A DNA stretch of 64,000 nucleotides, from NCBI RefSeq assembly GCF_009914755.1, contig NC_060927.1. One strand, given 5' to 3'. Both the position numbers and the translations under genes were made by a program. Shown piece by piece: positions 42,831 through 55,471 of the stretch. Below the pieces are notes generated by a model that worked only from the letters and a program-made list of their open reading frames with translations, was not told the DNA's origin and made no database searches. The DNA is from the human T2T-CHM13v2.0 reference genome, Homo sapiens. Every line of letters begins with the position of its first letter. The stretch's first letter is position 1.

Positions 42831-44467
42831 GTAAGTTTGTGGCTCTTTTATTGGGAGGGGGCTGCCAGGGTTTTGTGCCACTGCGCGGAAGGTGATGCGG
42901 ACGCGGTGCCTGTGAAATGGAGAGAGAAAGGGGAATATAAAACCACCTCGCGCATCCCCGGGGGGATCGCTAGGGAGCTACCTAGATCGAGCTAAAAAAC
43001 CTTGTTTTTGTGGCGTCGGTGGGGGAGCCAAGCAGCTCTCCAAGCTCTCAACTTTGCATTGAAAATCTCTCAGTTGGGAGACGCTTCCCAGATCCAGTGC
43101 TTTCTCCTAGCAATACTTTAAGGAGAGGAGGCAGCGGTGCCTTGGAAAACCTGCATGTAGAGCGGAAAAGCCCAAGTAGAAATCGCTGGTGCTTCGGCCG
43201 CCGTTTCTGCGGCTGTCGTGGCTTCTAGGGGGATATTTTGCAGGGGGAATTGGCTGTTTTCATGTTGTCTCCTCCCCCACCCCTCTCTTCCTACCCCTTC
43301 CCGCTTCCCGCTTCTCTCAACCGGACACTAAAGGGTTACAGGGTCACTGCACCGGATAGAGACAGTAGAAGTGGGTGGCTGGCCACACATGTTGTCTTGT
43401 AATTCACTTGCACGACTTTCCATAATACAAGTCCGAGGTAACTTTCTTCGAGTTGGAGCAGCCCAGGAAGACGTTGCAGGCTTTTTGCCGAGGGCCCAGG
43501 CTAGCGAGTGCGCCAGGCAGACGGCTGCATTTCTGATGCATCCCTGCCCTGCCTGCCTCGCCACTTACTGGCTTTTCTTTCCAACTGAGCGGTGCGCGCG
43601 CGTTCCCAGACATTTTCTTGCAGCTGAATTCAGGAATTTTTTTCTTTTTTTAAGAATTTTGTAGCTCCCAAGAAAAACTCATCTTTATTTGCAGAAGGAA
43701 ATCAATTTCAGCAGCTATAATTAATCACTCAAATCAGTGAATATGAATTGACTCAGGCAACTAAAAGTTGCTTTGGAACCCAGAAAAGCATATTATTCTG
43801 AAGTAATTTTGGAGTCCACGTAGCTTCAGAACAATTGCATACAAAGAACTGATTTATTTGAGGGATGTATATAAATGTGTTCAGTAGGTTAACGAATCTG
43901 AGACTTCAACATCACAATTTTAGTTGGCTTTTTTTTTAAAGCCAATTCGTTAAATTTTAAACTTGTAGACATTCAAATGCTTTGGAATAAAATGGAGATA
44001 GATAAAAGATAAAACATACATTTTGTATGTTCTAATCTTTAGAATAAAAGTGTTACCTTTTTTCAGGGATTTCTGGTTTACAGATTATGACTGTATGCAG
44101 ATACCTTTGTGGTTTTACCACTGAAGTCTGTGTGTGTGAACTCATCAAAAGGCAACTCTTCAATGTCATCTGAAGCACACTCATTCTCTAGTACTTTTTT
44201 TCAGGAATTCCAGATACATGCGACGTTCTGACTATTAAAAGATTAGTCTAACCAAACTTTCTTCCTGGATTTGTGTGTGTATGTGTGTTTCTGAAATCTA
44301 ATTTTGAAGCATGCATGTGAGATTTGTTTTCTAAAGATGAAATAGCAAAATATAAAACTTTTGTCTCCCAGGAATTCTAAAGTGGAAAAGGTAGATATTT
44401 CTTATTTCAGTAGACGTTGTGTAGGCTTATTTAGAGATTATAGAAATAACAATAAATAGTTTCTACA

Positions 44468-44597
44468 AACCCAATTGTTAGTTTTAAGGCGATATCTGAG
44501 AAGCTAGGTTAGTCTCTTTTTACTCTGCTATAACCCAATTGTTAGTTTTAAGGCGATATCTGAGAAGCTAGGTTAGTCTCTTTTTACTCTGCTATAA
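44468..44597. repeat. Perfect 64-bp tandem duplication
   Basis: aacccaattgttag...tactctgctat identical at 44468-44531 and 44532-44595. Confidence 0.97.
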
Positions 44598-44599
44598 GT

Positions 44600-44614
44600 C
44601 ACGTGGTTCACGTG
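44600..44614. promoter_or_regulatory. Two canonical E-boxes (CACGTG) 3 bp apart
   Basis: gtCACGTGgttCACGTGc; function inferred only. Confidence 0.45.
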
Positions 44615-47600
44615 CAGACTGAGAGTAGAAGAATGGATGTTCTGTGTATTGGCACAGTCTAGCCACTGATCCTAGCCACACTGTCTAATAGTATTTAAAA
44701 TATTTTCAAAGTTTAAACGGATTTTAAAAAGACAGCTAGCAAATATCATTAAGTGGTAATAGCAAATAAGTAATGAAGGTGAGTGGTAGGTGGGTTGGAA
44801 TTTCTCTTTTTAAGCTAATAGAGAATATGGCTGTTGATATAAAAATAGATAGATAATTTGAAACATGAAAAAGAAGGTCCTTTTAAAATTGATTTGCATA
44901 TTCCAAAACCATTAAATCAGTAGTCATTGCATGTGCCATAGTGTTAAAATGGAAGACTTAACTGAATGTGCCTTTGTAGTGCCTGGAAAATACATTTCTG
45001 TCAGAATAAACAATACTTTCTACTCCCCTATTATATTCTCTTTTGTCAGTTAAAATGAAAAGGGAGAAAGTGACCTTCTCTTTGTTATAATCTACTTGGA
45101 GGGGCTGTATCCTTTGTTTCTACAAGCAGTACATACACAAAACTTCAGTAAACTTTGTAGGTAGTAAATCCACTTTGGAAAGCCAATAACAATGGAAATA
45201 AGTATATACAAAACTACACACCAAAATTTTTTAAAAAGTTGCGGCCAGTAAACGAAGAGCAAGGTACCCAGTTAGATAAATGCTCTCCCTAATAGAGTGG
45301 ATTGTTCTAGGAATTATTGAAAAACCTGAGGAATTCACTTAGAAAATTAATTCCATTTAGCTCCATCTTACCCAATACATGTTTTTGGTCCTAATTATTA
45401 AAAAGAACATGGTAGCCTTGATGAGTTGTGAATTTTCTATCAGAGTAACACAAAATGTGGTAGTTTGGGGTAAAGAGATGGAAGCTGTCAATTAGCCCTG
45501 GAAATCTGCAAGCACAGTTTCTGATATAAGTGACAAGAAATAACATTGGATTCCTCTAAGCTTATCACTATGTAAAAACTGATGTTGCATTCACTGGAGT
45601 TTTGCTTGACAGCTGCACCTGTCCCTCAAAAACCTTTTATGTGTTGCAACTGGCCTAACATTCAGGAAAAGCTAACACATTTGCTATAGATTCTTTCTAT
45701 GATTTTGAGATGATTAACTACATTAAATGTTATTTTACATTAAAAAGAAGTTAGCAACACACTCTTAATTAGAAGCAAAGTGATAAGGGCAATTATTTTT
45801 AAATGACTTGTTGAAATTTAACACATGACACTTCCAAGTGCAAATCTTCCATCTCTTTTGCTTTATTGAGAAATAAAAAAGAACAAAAACCAACTTTCAA
45901 TTAATTTAAAATTCAAGTTTTTGACATATTGAATTTGCCAAGCATTGAAAAATATCAAATTTGTGAACACTCATGATGAGTCTAATGTTTTTATTGCTTT
46001 TTAAGAGATAATTTAAAACATCATGAGGTAGCTAACCATATAATCCTGTGGGATAGCAACATTCTGTTTCTAAGAAAATGATTTCTAAGAAAAATGATTC
46101 CTTAATAGTAACCCATTTGCTGGTCACTTTTGTTCTGTTATTAATGAAATAATGTTGATAATGTCAAATATTACTATGTTGGTATAAAATGATCTGAATA
46201 ATCTCTGCCTTCAAGAGTCATCCCCCAAACAAAGTAAAATCAAACAAACAAAAATCCCCACAGCCATTTGGTAGCTAACCTGTGTGATAGAGAATGACTG
46301 TCAACTCGAAGCTTAAGTGAAGTCAGGGAAAACTAGTGAATCATTCCAGGAGTTTGAAATTATTAGACATTAAACTTTTGGGGGATTTTTATATGAATTC
46401 TTTTTATAACAGTCAGTATAATCTCTTCTGTGCCTATTTCCGTTGCATGTGAGAGAAATTCTAGTCAATGGCAAAGCGCTTCACTGCTGCCATTACTGCA
46501 GACTTTATAGATCAGAGATGTGTCAGCATGTTAGCTTTAGCAGTAATGCCTCTTTTGTGTGAAACCTTATGGGCCTTGCAGGCAGTCTGTCATCCTGACA
46601 CTCATAAAACGTTCAAGTCCCCATATTTATTATTTAATTTTCTTCCTATATATAGCAACACAGCACTTCAATATATGAATGTGTAGTCAAAAAAATGACA
46701 GGCAATTGTGGATGGGACTAATGAGTTTTAATAATACACATATTAGGGACCGCTAAAGGAAGTTTAATTAAGAAAAACAAGTTGAGCATGAAATTCATTT
46801 TGGAACAAATGCAAGTTAAGTTACTACTACTGATGTAAATTCAAAAACCACAGTGATATATCACAGGAAATTAAGTTCCAGCCTGAGACTAGACCTAACT
46901 AATGCAGTTGACATCTTAGGACTTAGCTTTAAGTGGACAAACTTTGATTTGACTTATGAAACAGAAGAATATGTACTTTTTTCACTTTCTCCTGGTTTGT
47001 ATAGAAATTTTAGTTTAGTATTTTCACTGCATATCCAGCTACGCTTTATGTACATAATATTAGTTCACTTGTGACAGGCCACACAGTAGCTTTTTCTTTT
47101 TCTGTAGCCTACTTTTCTAATGCTACATATGCCTACAATTAGAGCTACCTGCTGAGGCCCATGCTGTCTCTTTGGAGGTGCTGTAGGTGGTGCTTCATTA
47201 ATAGAACTGCATAGTCAACTTTCCTCTACCTATAATTCTGTTTATGTTTTGCATAATTTAGAAAATAAATAGACTAATGTGTTTGCTTGCTTACTTTTAT
47301 TTATTTATTTGATGGTGGCAGTGCATGTGGAGGAAAAGCAGAAGTTGGGGAAGAGATTGAATATTGGGCAACTATTTTCTTAGAATGTGATTTTCTTATA
47401 TTTTGCTTGTATTGAAATAGCACAGACACTTTCTATAAAGAGTAAATAATCAGGCAATGATATGAAGGTCTTATTGTATACATATGGTTCTCAACAAATG
47501 CCTATTGGGAAACATCCAATTGATATACTGTTTTTTATACCAATGTTTGTCATCAGTTTTTTGTAACCATAATGATTCTTTTTTCTTCCCTGACACACCC

Positions 47601-50600
47601 AATGAATGGTAGATCTACAGGAGAAGAAAAGAGGTTACTTGTAATGTTTGAAAATGAATTGAAAATTGTCATTGCTTTTTAAAAAACAGTCACAATGAGT
47701 ACTCTCATATTGTCATATGGAATACTTTCTATGCTTGGAAGATCAACAAGTTCAAACATGTAATCAAGTAATATTGAGTTGATAAAATCCAGGTTGAGAT
47801 TATCATTAGTAAAAGTTTTTTTCCATGTGACAACCACCACTTCTATGACAGAACTGACCAGAAAAAGTGATTACAGCATAGAACGTTGTGAATATTGTGA
47901 ATGGTTGTCACAATATTCACACCTTGAAAATAAAACTTGAGCAATTTAATAGTTAACTATAGAGCTAAAAGGAATAAAAGTTCACTTCAGCAACCATTAT
48001 GTTACAAGTCAGTGCATCTGTCATTTCTAATTTAAATCTGTATTACTTACTGTCCAACACTTTACACATAAGTGACAGTGTTATCTATTCTTTTTCTTAT
48101 GGGTAGAAAAAGTCACCAGTTTCATTACCTGTTTAACTGTGCCAAGTGTTCTAATACATATGTTACTACAAGATTGATGCCAAAAGTCCCTGTTATTTCA
48201 CGCCACGGTCTTTAATAACAACATCTAAGAAGGAAAGCGTTTTTTGTTTTGAAGGAATACTGTACTAGTAGTCTGTATAACCTCCACCATAGTAGGGGAT
48301 TTTTGTCTGGTTTGTTCGGAGCTGAGTGTATTTCTCTTCATCGCCTAGAGAACAGTACCTGGTACATAACTGGAAATCAATAAACGTTTATTGAATGAAT
48401 GAATGAAAATCGACTTGTGTTCTAGCCTTGGATGTTAGTAACTAAACATGTAACCTCTTTATGTAATGAATACCTGGGATCTTCATTTTTGCTTTTTAAA
48501 AAATGTATAATCAGTAGTTATTTGAATTGACAAATAATTTTAAATAATGTACAAAATTCCAAAGGGAGGAAGGATTCTATTCAAAAATTGAATATTAATT
48601 AGAGACAAATAGTAACTGAGGCTTTTTAGTGATTTCATATAGAGTTTATATACTTCACTTTGATAAATTATTTGATCAAGACTTACAAGTGTAGTAGGAT
48701 TATTTATATTGTTATAATTTACTGAAGGTACATTAGAGCTATTTTCTTCCATGAAGAAAATGTGATATCTCAGGGAACGTTGGAATTACTAAAAGTTATT
48801 TCAAACAGGTAGAACGTGAACAATAAGACAATAAGATTTAAAATATAACGGTTTGGGATTTTCGTCATTACTTAAGATCTTTTTCCATTTTGTAAAACTT
48901 TATAATCCCATTCTCCCTATTATAAAATTTGAATTTAAATGGTGACTTTATTTGGCAACCTATATTCCATGTGTATATTAAATTCTTGTTAATATTCTAT
49001 TCTATTCATTAATATATTGATATACTATTTGTGTTACACAAATGGCCCATGAACAGGGCATTATTTTGAATTTTGTTATTGTTATTAGTACTAATGCAAC
49101 TTTTATATGAAGGAAGAAAATGATGTAGATATATAAAGGAGATTGCTAGTGTGATATTCTTTCTCCTTTGGATCACTGGTTGAGCTCTAAGCCAGGTCAG
49201 GAGTGACAGGAAACCATTATTGCTGTTCGGTGCCTTATGTGAAAGGCGTTGGTGGTCTTAGTCCAGTTCCTAGTAGACAGCTACTCCTTAAACAATAGTC
49301 ACCACAGTATTTGCCAATTCCAGCAAAAGCCTGGGACTGAATGGACACAAAGGTTTAACTACCCACTCTCTGCTGATCATCCTCCAAGGGGTCAAGATTG
49401 ACACACCCTGGCACAGGGCCATACTCAAACTTAGCACTGCCTCTGCCAAAGTTGCAGCTATTCTCTGGCAACAAGGGATTTTTTTTAACTGGACTTTAAT
49501 TAAGCAGGGAACCAGGAATGGCAATTTTCCACTCTTCCCAGGCATGAGCAACTCACTACACACAAAAATAAGCTTAAAGAATGAGTTGAGACTGTAGCAC
49601 TCTTCTTAGGTTGTGCTAGCTTCTCTATAAAGATACTAGCAGGCATAATTAAGTTGCTTCTGGAAGCAATGACTTGTGACCCAAAGGTGGCCCCTTCCAG
49701 ACAAAATCATCAACTTAATATCAAGGGAAGTAATCAGCTCTACCAGGCTGTCTCTTCTGAGCTCTTGAGTGATTATTCATTTTCTTCTGTGGGATCACAG
49801 GGTCATCAATTGGTTTTAAAAATGTATCCTGTGGTATTTTACGTATACATTAAAACTGTTGCCCATGACTTTTGAATAACATTCTGCCTCATTGATTTTT
49901 GCCCCTCTTGCCCCCTTCACCTCCCTGTTCATTTGGAAGTCAGGCTTCCTAAGTAGATTCTAGATTTAACAATTAATATTTGGAGATTACACCTGAAAAT
50001 AGTTTCAGAATAAATAGAAAGTAAAACTTATATAGTTAATGTTAAATTTTTTTTCAGCCCTCCTCTTCAGAATAACAAAATAAAGAAGAAGCTGTCTAAT
50101 ATTTCGCCATTAGTTGTAATGATGGTTATAGCAGAAATACTCAGTTTTGTAATGCAGAAGACGATGCTGTCACCTTAATCTTTTTCTCTTTTTGTTGTCA
50201 GAAAAGCTATTATGGCATCTTAGAATCTTATTGTATTTTCTTTTTTGCCACACAATAGTGGAATTAGCTGCCAGTCTACATGGATATCTATGCACACGCC
50301 TACATGATGAGAAATTTCCATTGTATTGTCATTTGTTTCCACCTCTTCTATGTTTCGTCCCCCCTGGCTGCAAGTTTAATTAAGCTAAAGCCTTCACAGA
50401 GGTCAAGCATCACAGATGGATAAATAAAATCTGAGGGTTGTGTTAATTGATGAAAAATAGTATAATGAATTAATGGGTCATTCATTCAAGAAATATTTTC
50501 TGAGGACTTACAATGTAATGCATTGTTCTGGGGATGGTTGTTAAAAACCAACAATTCAAAAGACACACCCTGTACTCTCAAAGTGTAAGGGTAATCTGAT

Positions 50601-51013
50601 CATGCCATTTGTATGATTATAATGATTCTCATCATAGTTTGGATAAGATCTCACACCCCTAAAATGGCCAACAAATTCTTGAGTTGTCACATCCTTTCTC
50701 CTCTCCTGTCTGATGGGCTACCCTTCTCTCAGTTCACAGTGATTTCTTTGGAAAGCCCCAGCCTCCACAGCATTTGGGTTTCCTGTTACTTCTGGCACAT
50801 TCTATACCTTGGTTTTCAATTGCCAACTCCTACTCAATCTCAGACCCTGGTTTCCAGATTAATTCTTCAGGAAGATCATCATTCCCACTCCATATTCTTA
50901 AATCTCCCCTCAAAATACCCTGCATTATCCTTCTTCATACAGTATTTATTACTAGATAGCTCTCTGTGTAATTGACTTACTTAAAGTCTATCTTCCCCCA
51001 TTGAACTTCAGTC

Positions 51014-51150
51014 TTTTTAAAACAATTATTTTTGATTCAAGGGTACATGTGCAGATTTGTTATATAGGTCAACTTGTGTCATGGGGGTTTGTTGTACAGG
51101 TTATATCATCACCCAGGTACTAAGACTGTTACCCAATAGTTACTTTTTTG
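51014..51150 (-). mobile_element. Short L1PA/PB 3' end fragment
   Basis: gggtacatgtgcagatttgttatataggt...catcacccaggtactaag...cccaatagtta. Confidence 0.8.
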
Positions 51151-51508
51151 TCTTCATGAATATTAGCACTATTCCTCTCCTGTTCACGTCGTCCTCTCCA
51201 ATGCCTAGTACTATTTTGCCAAATATAGGAATGAAGATGGAAACTGAGATTACAAATTACTGTGGAAAAAAGTACTGTGTGTTTAGTTGCAAAAAATGTA
51301 ATAAGTGTTTTGAGAGATAAGAGAAGGGAGTATTTTTATGACTTGAAGGACTAGGGAAGGAAGTCTTATTGACTTTTGAGCCAGGCCTTGAAAGGTACTA
51401 GCTGTGGTCCCTCCAGGAGAAAACTGATGGGGAAGGCATTCTCCAGGAAGAACAATCTTGGTGAACAAGTTGGGCCCAATTAACTGAGCGCTGCTTCCAG
51501 GGCTGTGC

Positions 51509-53795
51509 TGTATTAGTCTGTTTTCATGCTGCTGATAAAGACACACCCAAGACTGGGAAGAAAAAGAGGTTTAATTGGACTTAGAGTTCCACATGGCTAG
51601 GAAGGCCTCAGAATCATGGCGGGAGACGAAAGGCACTTCTTACATGTTGGCGGCAAGAGAAAATGAGGAAGATGCAAAAGCAGAAACTCCTGATAAAACC
51701 ATCAGATCTCATGAGACTTATTCACTACCATGAGAACAGTATGGGTGAAACCACCCCCATGATTCAAATTATCTCCCACTGGGTCCCCCCGACAACACGT
51801 GGGAATTATGAGAGTACAATTCAGGATGAGAGTTGGGTGGGGACATAGAGCCATACCATGTCATTCTGCCCCTGGCCCCTCCAAATCTCATGTCCTCGCA
51901 TTTCAAAACCAATCATGCCTTCCCAACAGTCCCCAAAAGTCTTAACTCATTCCATAATTAACCCAAAAGTCCATAGTCCAAAGTCTCATCTGAGGAAAGG
52001 CAAGCCCCTTCCAGCTAAGTCTGTAAAATCAAAAGCAAGCTAGTTACTTCCTAGATTCAAAGAGGGAACAGGTAATGGGTAGATACAGCCATTCCAAATG
52101 GGAGAAATTGGCCAAAACAGAGGGGCTACAGGCCCCATGCAAGTCCAAAATCCAGCAGTGCAGTCAAATCTTAAAGCTCCAAAATAATGTCCTTTGACTC
52201 CAGGTCTCACATCCAGGTCACACTGATGCAAGGGGTGGGTTCCCATGGTCTTGGGCAGCTCTACCTCTGTGGCTTTGCAGGGTCCAACCTCCCTCCCAGC
52301 TGCTTTCATGGACTGGCATTAAGTGTCTGTGGCTTTTTCAGGTGAATGGTGCCAGCTGTGGGTGGATCTACCATTCTGGGATCTGGAGGAAGGTGGCCCT
52401 CTTCTCACAGATCCACTAGGTGTTTCCCCAGTAGGGACTCTGTGTTGGGGCTCTGATCCCACATTTTGCTTCCACACTGCCCTAGCAGAGGTTCTCCATG
52501 AGTGCCCCGCTGCTGCAGCAAACTTCAGCCTGGGCATCCAGGCATATCCATACATCTTCTGAAATCTAGGTGGAGGTTCCCAAACCTCAGTTCTTCACTT
52601 CTGTGCACCCACAGGCTGAACACCACATGAAAGCTGCCAAGGCTTGGGGCTTGCACCCTCTGAAGCCATAGGCTGAGCTGTACCTTGGCCCCTTTTAGTC
52701 ACGGCTGGAGCAGCTGGGACACAGAGAACCAAGTCTGTAGATTGCACACAGCACAGGGACCCTGAGCCTGGCCCACAAAACCATATTTTCCTCCTAGGCC
52801 TCCAAGCCTGTGATGGGAGGGGCTGCTGTGAAGACCTTAGACATGCCCTGGAGGCATTTTAACCATTGTCCTGGGGATTAACATTTGGCTTCTTGTTACT
52901 TATGCAAATTTCTGCAGCTGGCTTGAATTTCTCCTCAGAAAATGGGTTTTTCTTTTCTATGGCATTGTCAGACTGCAAATTTTCTGAACTTTTATGCTCT
53001 GCCTCCCTTGAAAAACGGAATGCCTTTAACAGCTCCCAAGTCACCTCTTGAATGCTTTGCTGCTTAGAAATTTCTTCCATCAGATACCCTAAATCATCCC
53101 TCTCAAGTTCAAAATTCCACACATCTCCAGGGCAGAAGCAAAATGCCACCAGAGTCTTTGCTAAAACATAACAAGAGTCACCTTTTCTCCAGTTCCCAAC
53201 AAGTTTCTCATCTTCATCTGAGACCACCTCAGCCTAGATTTTATTGTCCATATCATTATCAGTATATTTGTCAAAATCATTTAACAAGTCTCTAGGAAGT
53301 TCCAAACTTTCCTACATTTTTCGGTCTTCTTCTGAGCCCTCCAAACTGTTTCAACCTCTGCCTGTTACCCAGTTCCAAAGTTGCTTCCACATTTTTGGGT
53401 ATCTTTTCAGCAGTGCCCCACTCTGCTGGTACCATTTTACTGTGTTAGTTCATTTTCATGTTGCTGATAAAGACATATCTGAGACTGGGAAGAAAAAGGG
53501 ATTTAACTGGACTTACAGTTCCACACTGCTGGGGAGGCCTCAGAATTATTGCAGGAGGCAAAAGGCACTTCTTATGTGGTGGTGGCAAGAGAAAATGAGG
53601 AAGATGCAAAAGCAGAAACACCTGATAAGACAATCAGATCTCATAAGACTTATTCACTACCATGAGAACAGTATGTGGGAAACCACCCCCATGATTCAAA
53701 TTATCTCCCACTGGGTCTGTCCCACAACACGTGGGAATTATGGGAGTTCAATTCAAGATGAGATTTGGGTGGGTACACAGAGCCAAACCATATCA
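51509..53795 (-). mobile_element. Full-length THE1A (ERVL-MaLR): LTR 51509-51863, internal 51864-53440, LTR 53441-53795
   Basis: Two 355-bp direct repeats with TG..CA ends, ~1.58-kb THE1 internal region, 5-bp TSD tgtgc/tgtgt. Confidence 0.95.
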
Positions 53796-54989
53796 TGTGT
53801 GTTACCTTCCAGTAGTATTGTTTATTCACAAAATTAGTTTGCTACCAGGTATAACGTCTACCATGTACTCAGGTGTTACTCCTTGTTATTTAAAAAAATA
53901 TTTTGTTGGTAAATTTTTTTCTCCAATTAATGTTAAGTTTTAGTTGGCCTTTTCTCATTAACATTCTATTTTCTCTCTCTCTTTTTTTTAATGTTATTGG
54001 AGAGGTACATTTAGTGTGGAAGTAGCCCAAGGGGAAAGAGAACAAATAGAACCGTTTATATACTCTGCAGAGAAATGGGGAATATCATGCAACTCTGGAA
54101 AACTTTTGGGGGCTGCCCACGATTTCTCCCAGGAGGAGGTTCTGGGCAAAATTAAGAAGGAGGCAGCGTTTGTCTTTAGAGAGTGTTAATTCTTCTGCCT
54201 TATCTCTTTCTATTTCTTGAAGCTTACTGAATCCATAAAATGTGCTCTTGTTTTATTGAAGGATGTTACTGTGGCTTTGTGTTTCTGACTTCAGTTTAAT
54301 TATCTGTTACAAGAAGATGATAATGATCTCTACCTCATGGTACTTAGAGACAATAAAGGAGATGATGCAGTTAGCTCAATGTTTAGCCCCAGTACTTACT
54401 CATTTGGTGCTTGTCGTTAATCCAGTTATTATTACATGATGCTCATGGCATAAGAGTAAACTTGTCACCACTTTAGTTCTCAATAGCCTTATGTTAATAT
54501 GGTCATGACATGGGTCCTAGCATCCCTTGGAACTTCTCCATGATCAAGACCTTCAACTTTGATATTCTCATCTCAGAGTAAACTCTTTTTGGCCTTGGTT
54601 TTAATTGTTTTATATTTTTCCCCTTTGTGTCCTTCTGGTACTGCTTAAGTCTATGTTTAGATTTAGTTGATCTGTTCAACATTAGGATTACCATTTCTGT
54701 AACCTTTGCTCTTTGCTGTTCTATCATTCTTTACTTCCTTATCCCCAACCCTGACTTCTATCATTTATTCTCTGCCCCAGGCTATTGAATGTTGCTGGAA
54801 AAAAGTTTCAATACCACACTCTTTGGAGCTGCTGCAAATTATGACTATTAACTAACCCCGGCAAGCGGATGAGCAGCCTTTTTATTTTCCTTCTGTTGAT
54901 ATTCTGTGTGTTTCACTCTCCTCAGTTCCTCAACCTGAGCATAGGACTTTATTGAATTGGTCTCACTGAGGTGCAGAGCACAAACTCCT

Positions 54990-55230
54990 GTGTCACAAAG
55001 GTGCAGGATATGTTCTTTGGAGTTAGGCAGTCTTGGGTTTGTTTCTTGGATCTGCCTTTTCCTGGCATTGTGGCCTTCAGAGAGTTATCTGACCACTTTC
55101 ACCCACATTTTTCTCACCTCAAATAAGAGGGCTTGTCTTCTAAATCTGTTATGAAGACTAAGTGACATGAACTATGTAAAGTGTTTTGGACAGCGATTGG
55201 CAAGTAGAGGGTGACCTACAATAGTAGCTG
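54990..55230. mobile_element. MIR relic
   Basis: ctttggagttaggcagtcttgggttt...tgtggccttcagagagttatctgacc...tatgtaaagtg core pattern. Confidence 0.6.
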
Positions 55231-55374
55231 TTTTTGTTGCCATTTTCACATAATTGTGGATGAATCCAGCTGATATTTCAAACTGAACGTGGAATTAAGA
55301 TTCTCTCTGGTTTCTTTTACACCAATTCATTCACAAAAGTAATGATTCCCACACCTTTGTATCTAGTCTGTACG

Positions 55375-55471
55375 TTTGATAACCAAACCATATTTTTGCT
55401 AAAAGGTGAAAAGTGTATGCATATATACATATATGTTACTTTTTAGTAAAAAATATGGTTTGGTTATCAAA
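55375..55471. repeat. Long inverted repeat (~30-bp arms, 36-bp spacer)
   Basis: tttgataaccaaaccatattttt ... aaaaatatggtttggttatcaaa, 23 bp perfectly complementary. Confidence 0.93.

Larger units (their letters stand above)
42180..43620 (+). promoter_or_regulatory. NLGN1: CpG-rich island / internal alternative promoter of NLGN1
   Basis: Abrupt rise in GC and CpG in non-repetitive sequence against a CpG-depleted background; inverted CCAAT/ATTGG boxes (42373-42377, 42390-42394); consensus donor at 42830/42831. Confidence 0.75.

Noticed and set aside
42025-43664. Several 70-97 aa ORFs in the CpG island
   Set aside because: Expected in GC-rich or homopolymer sequence; no recognisable protein similarity
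51663-53943. Cluster of ORFs up to 197 aa
   Set aside because: All lie within THE1A LTR/internal sequence; fragments of the decayed MaLR ORF or chance frames
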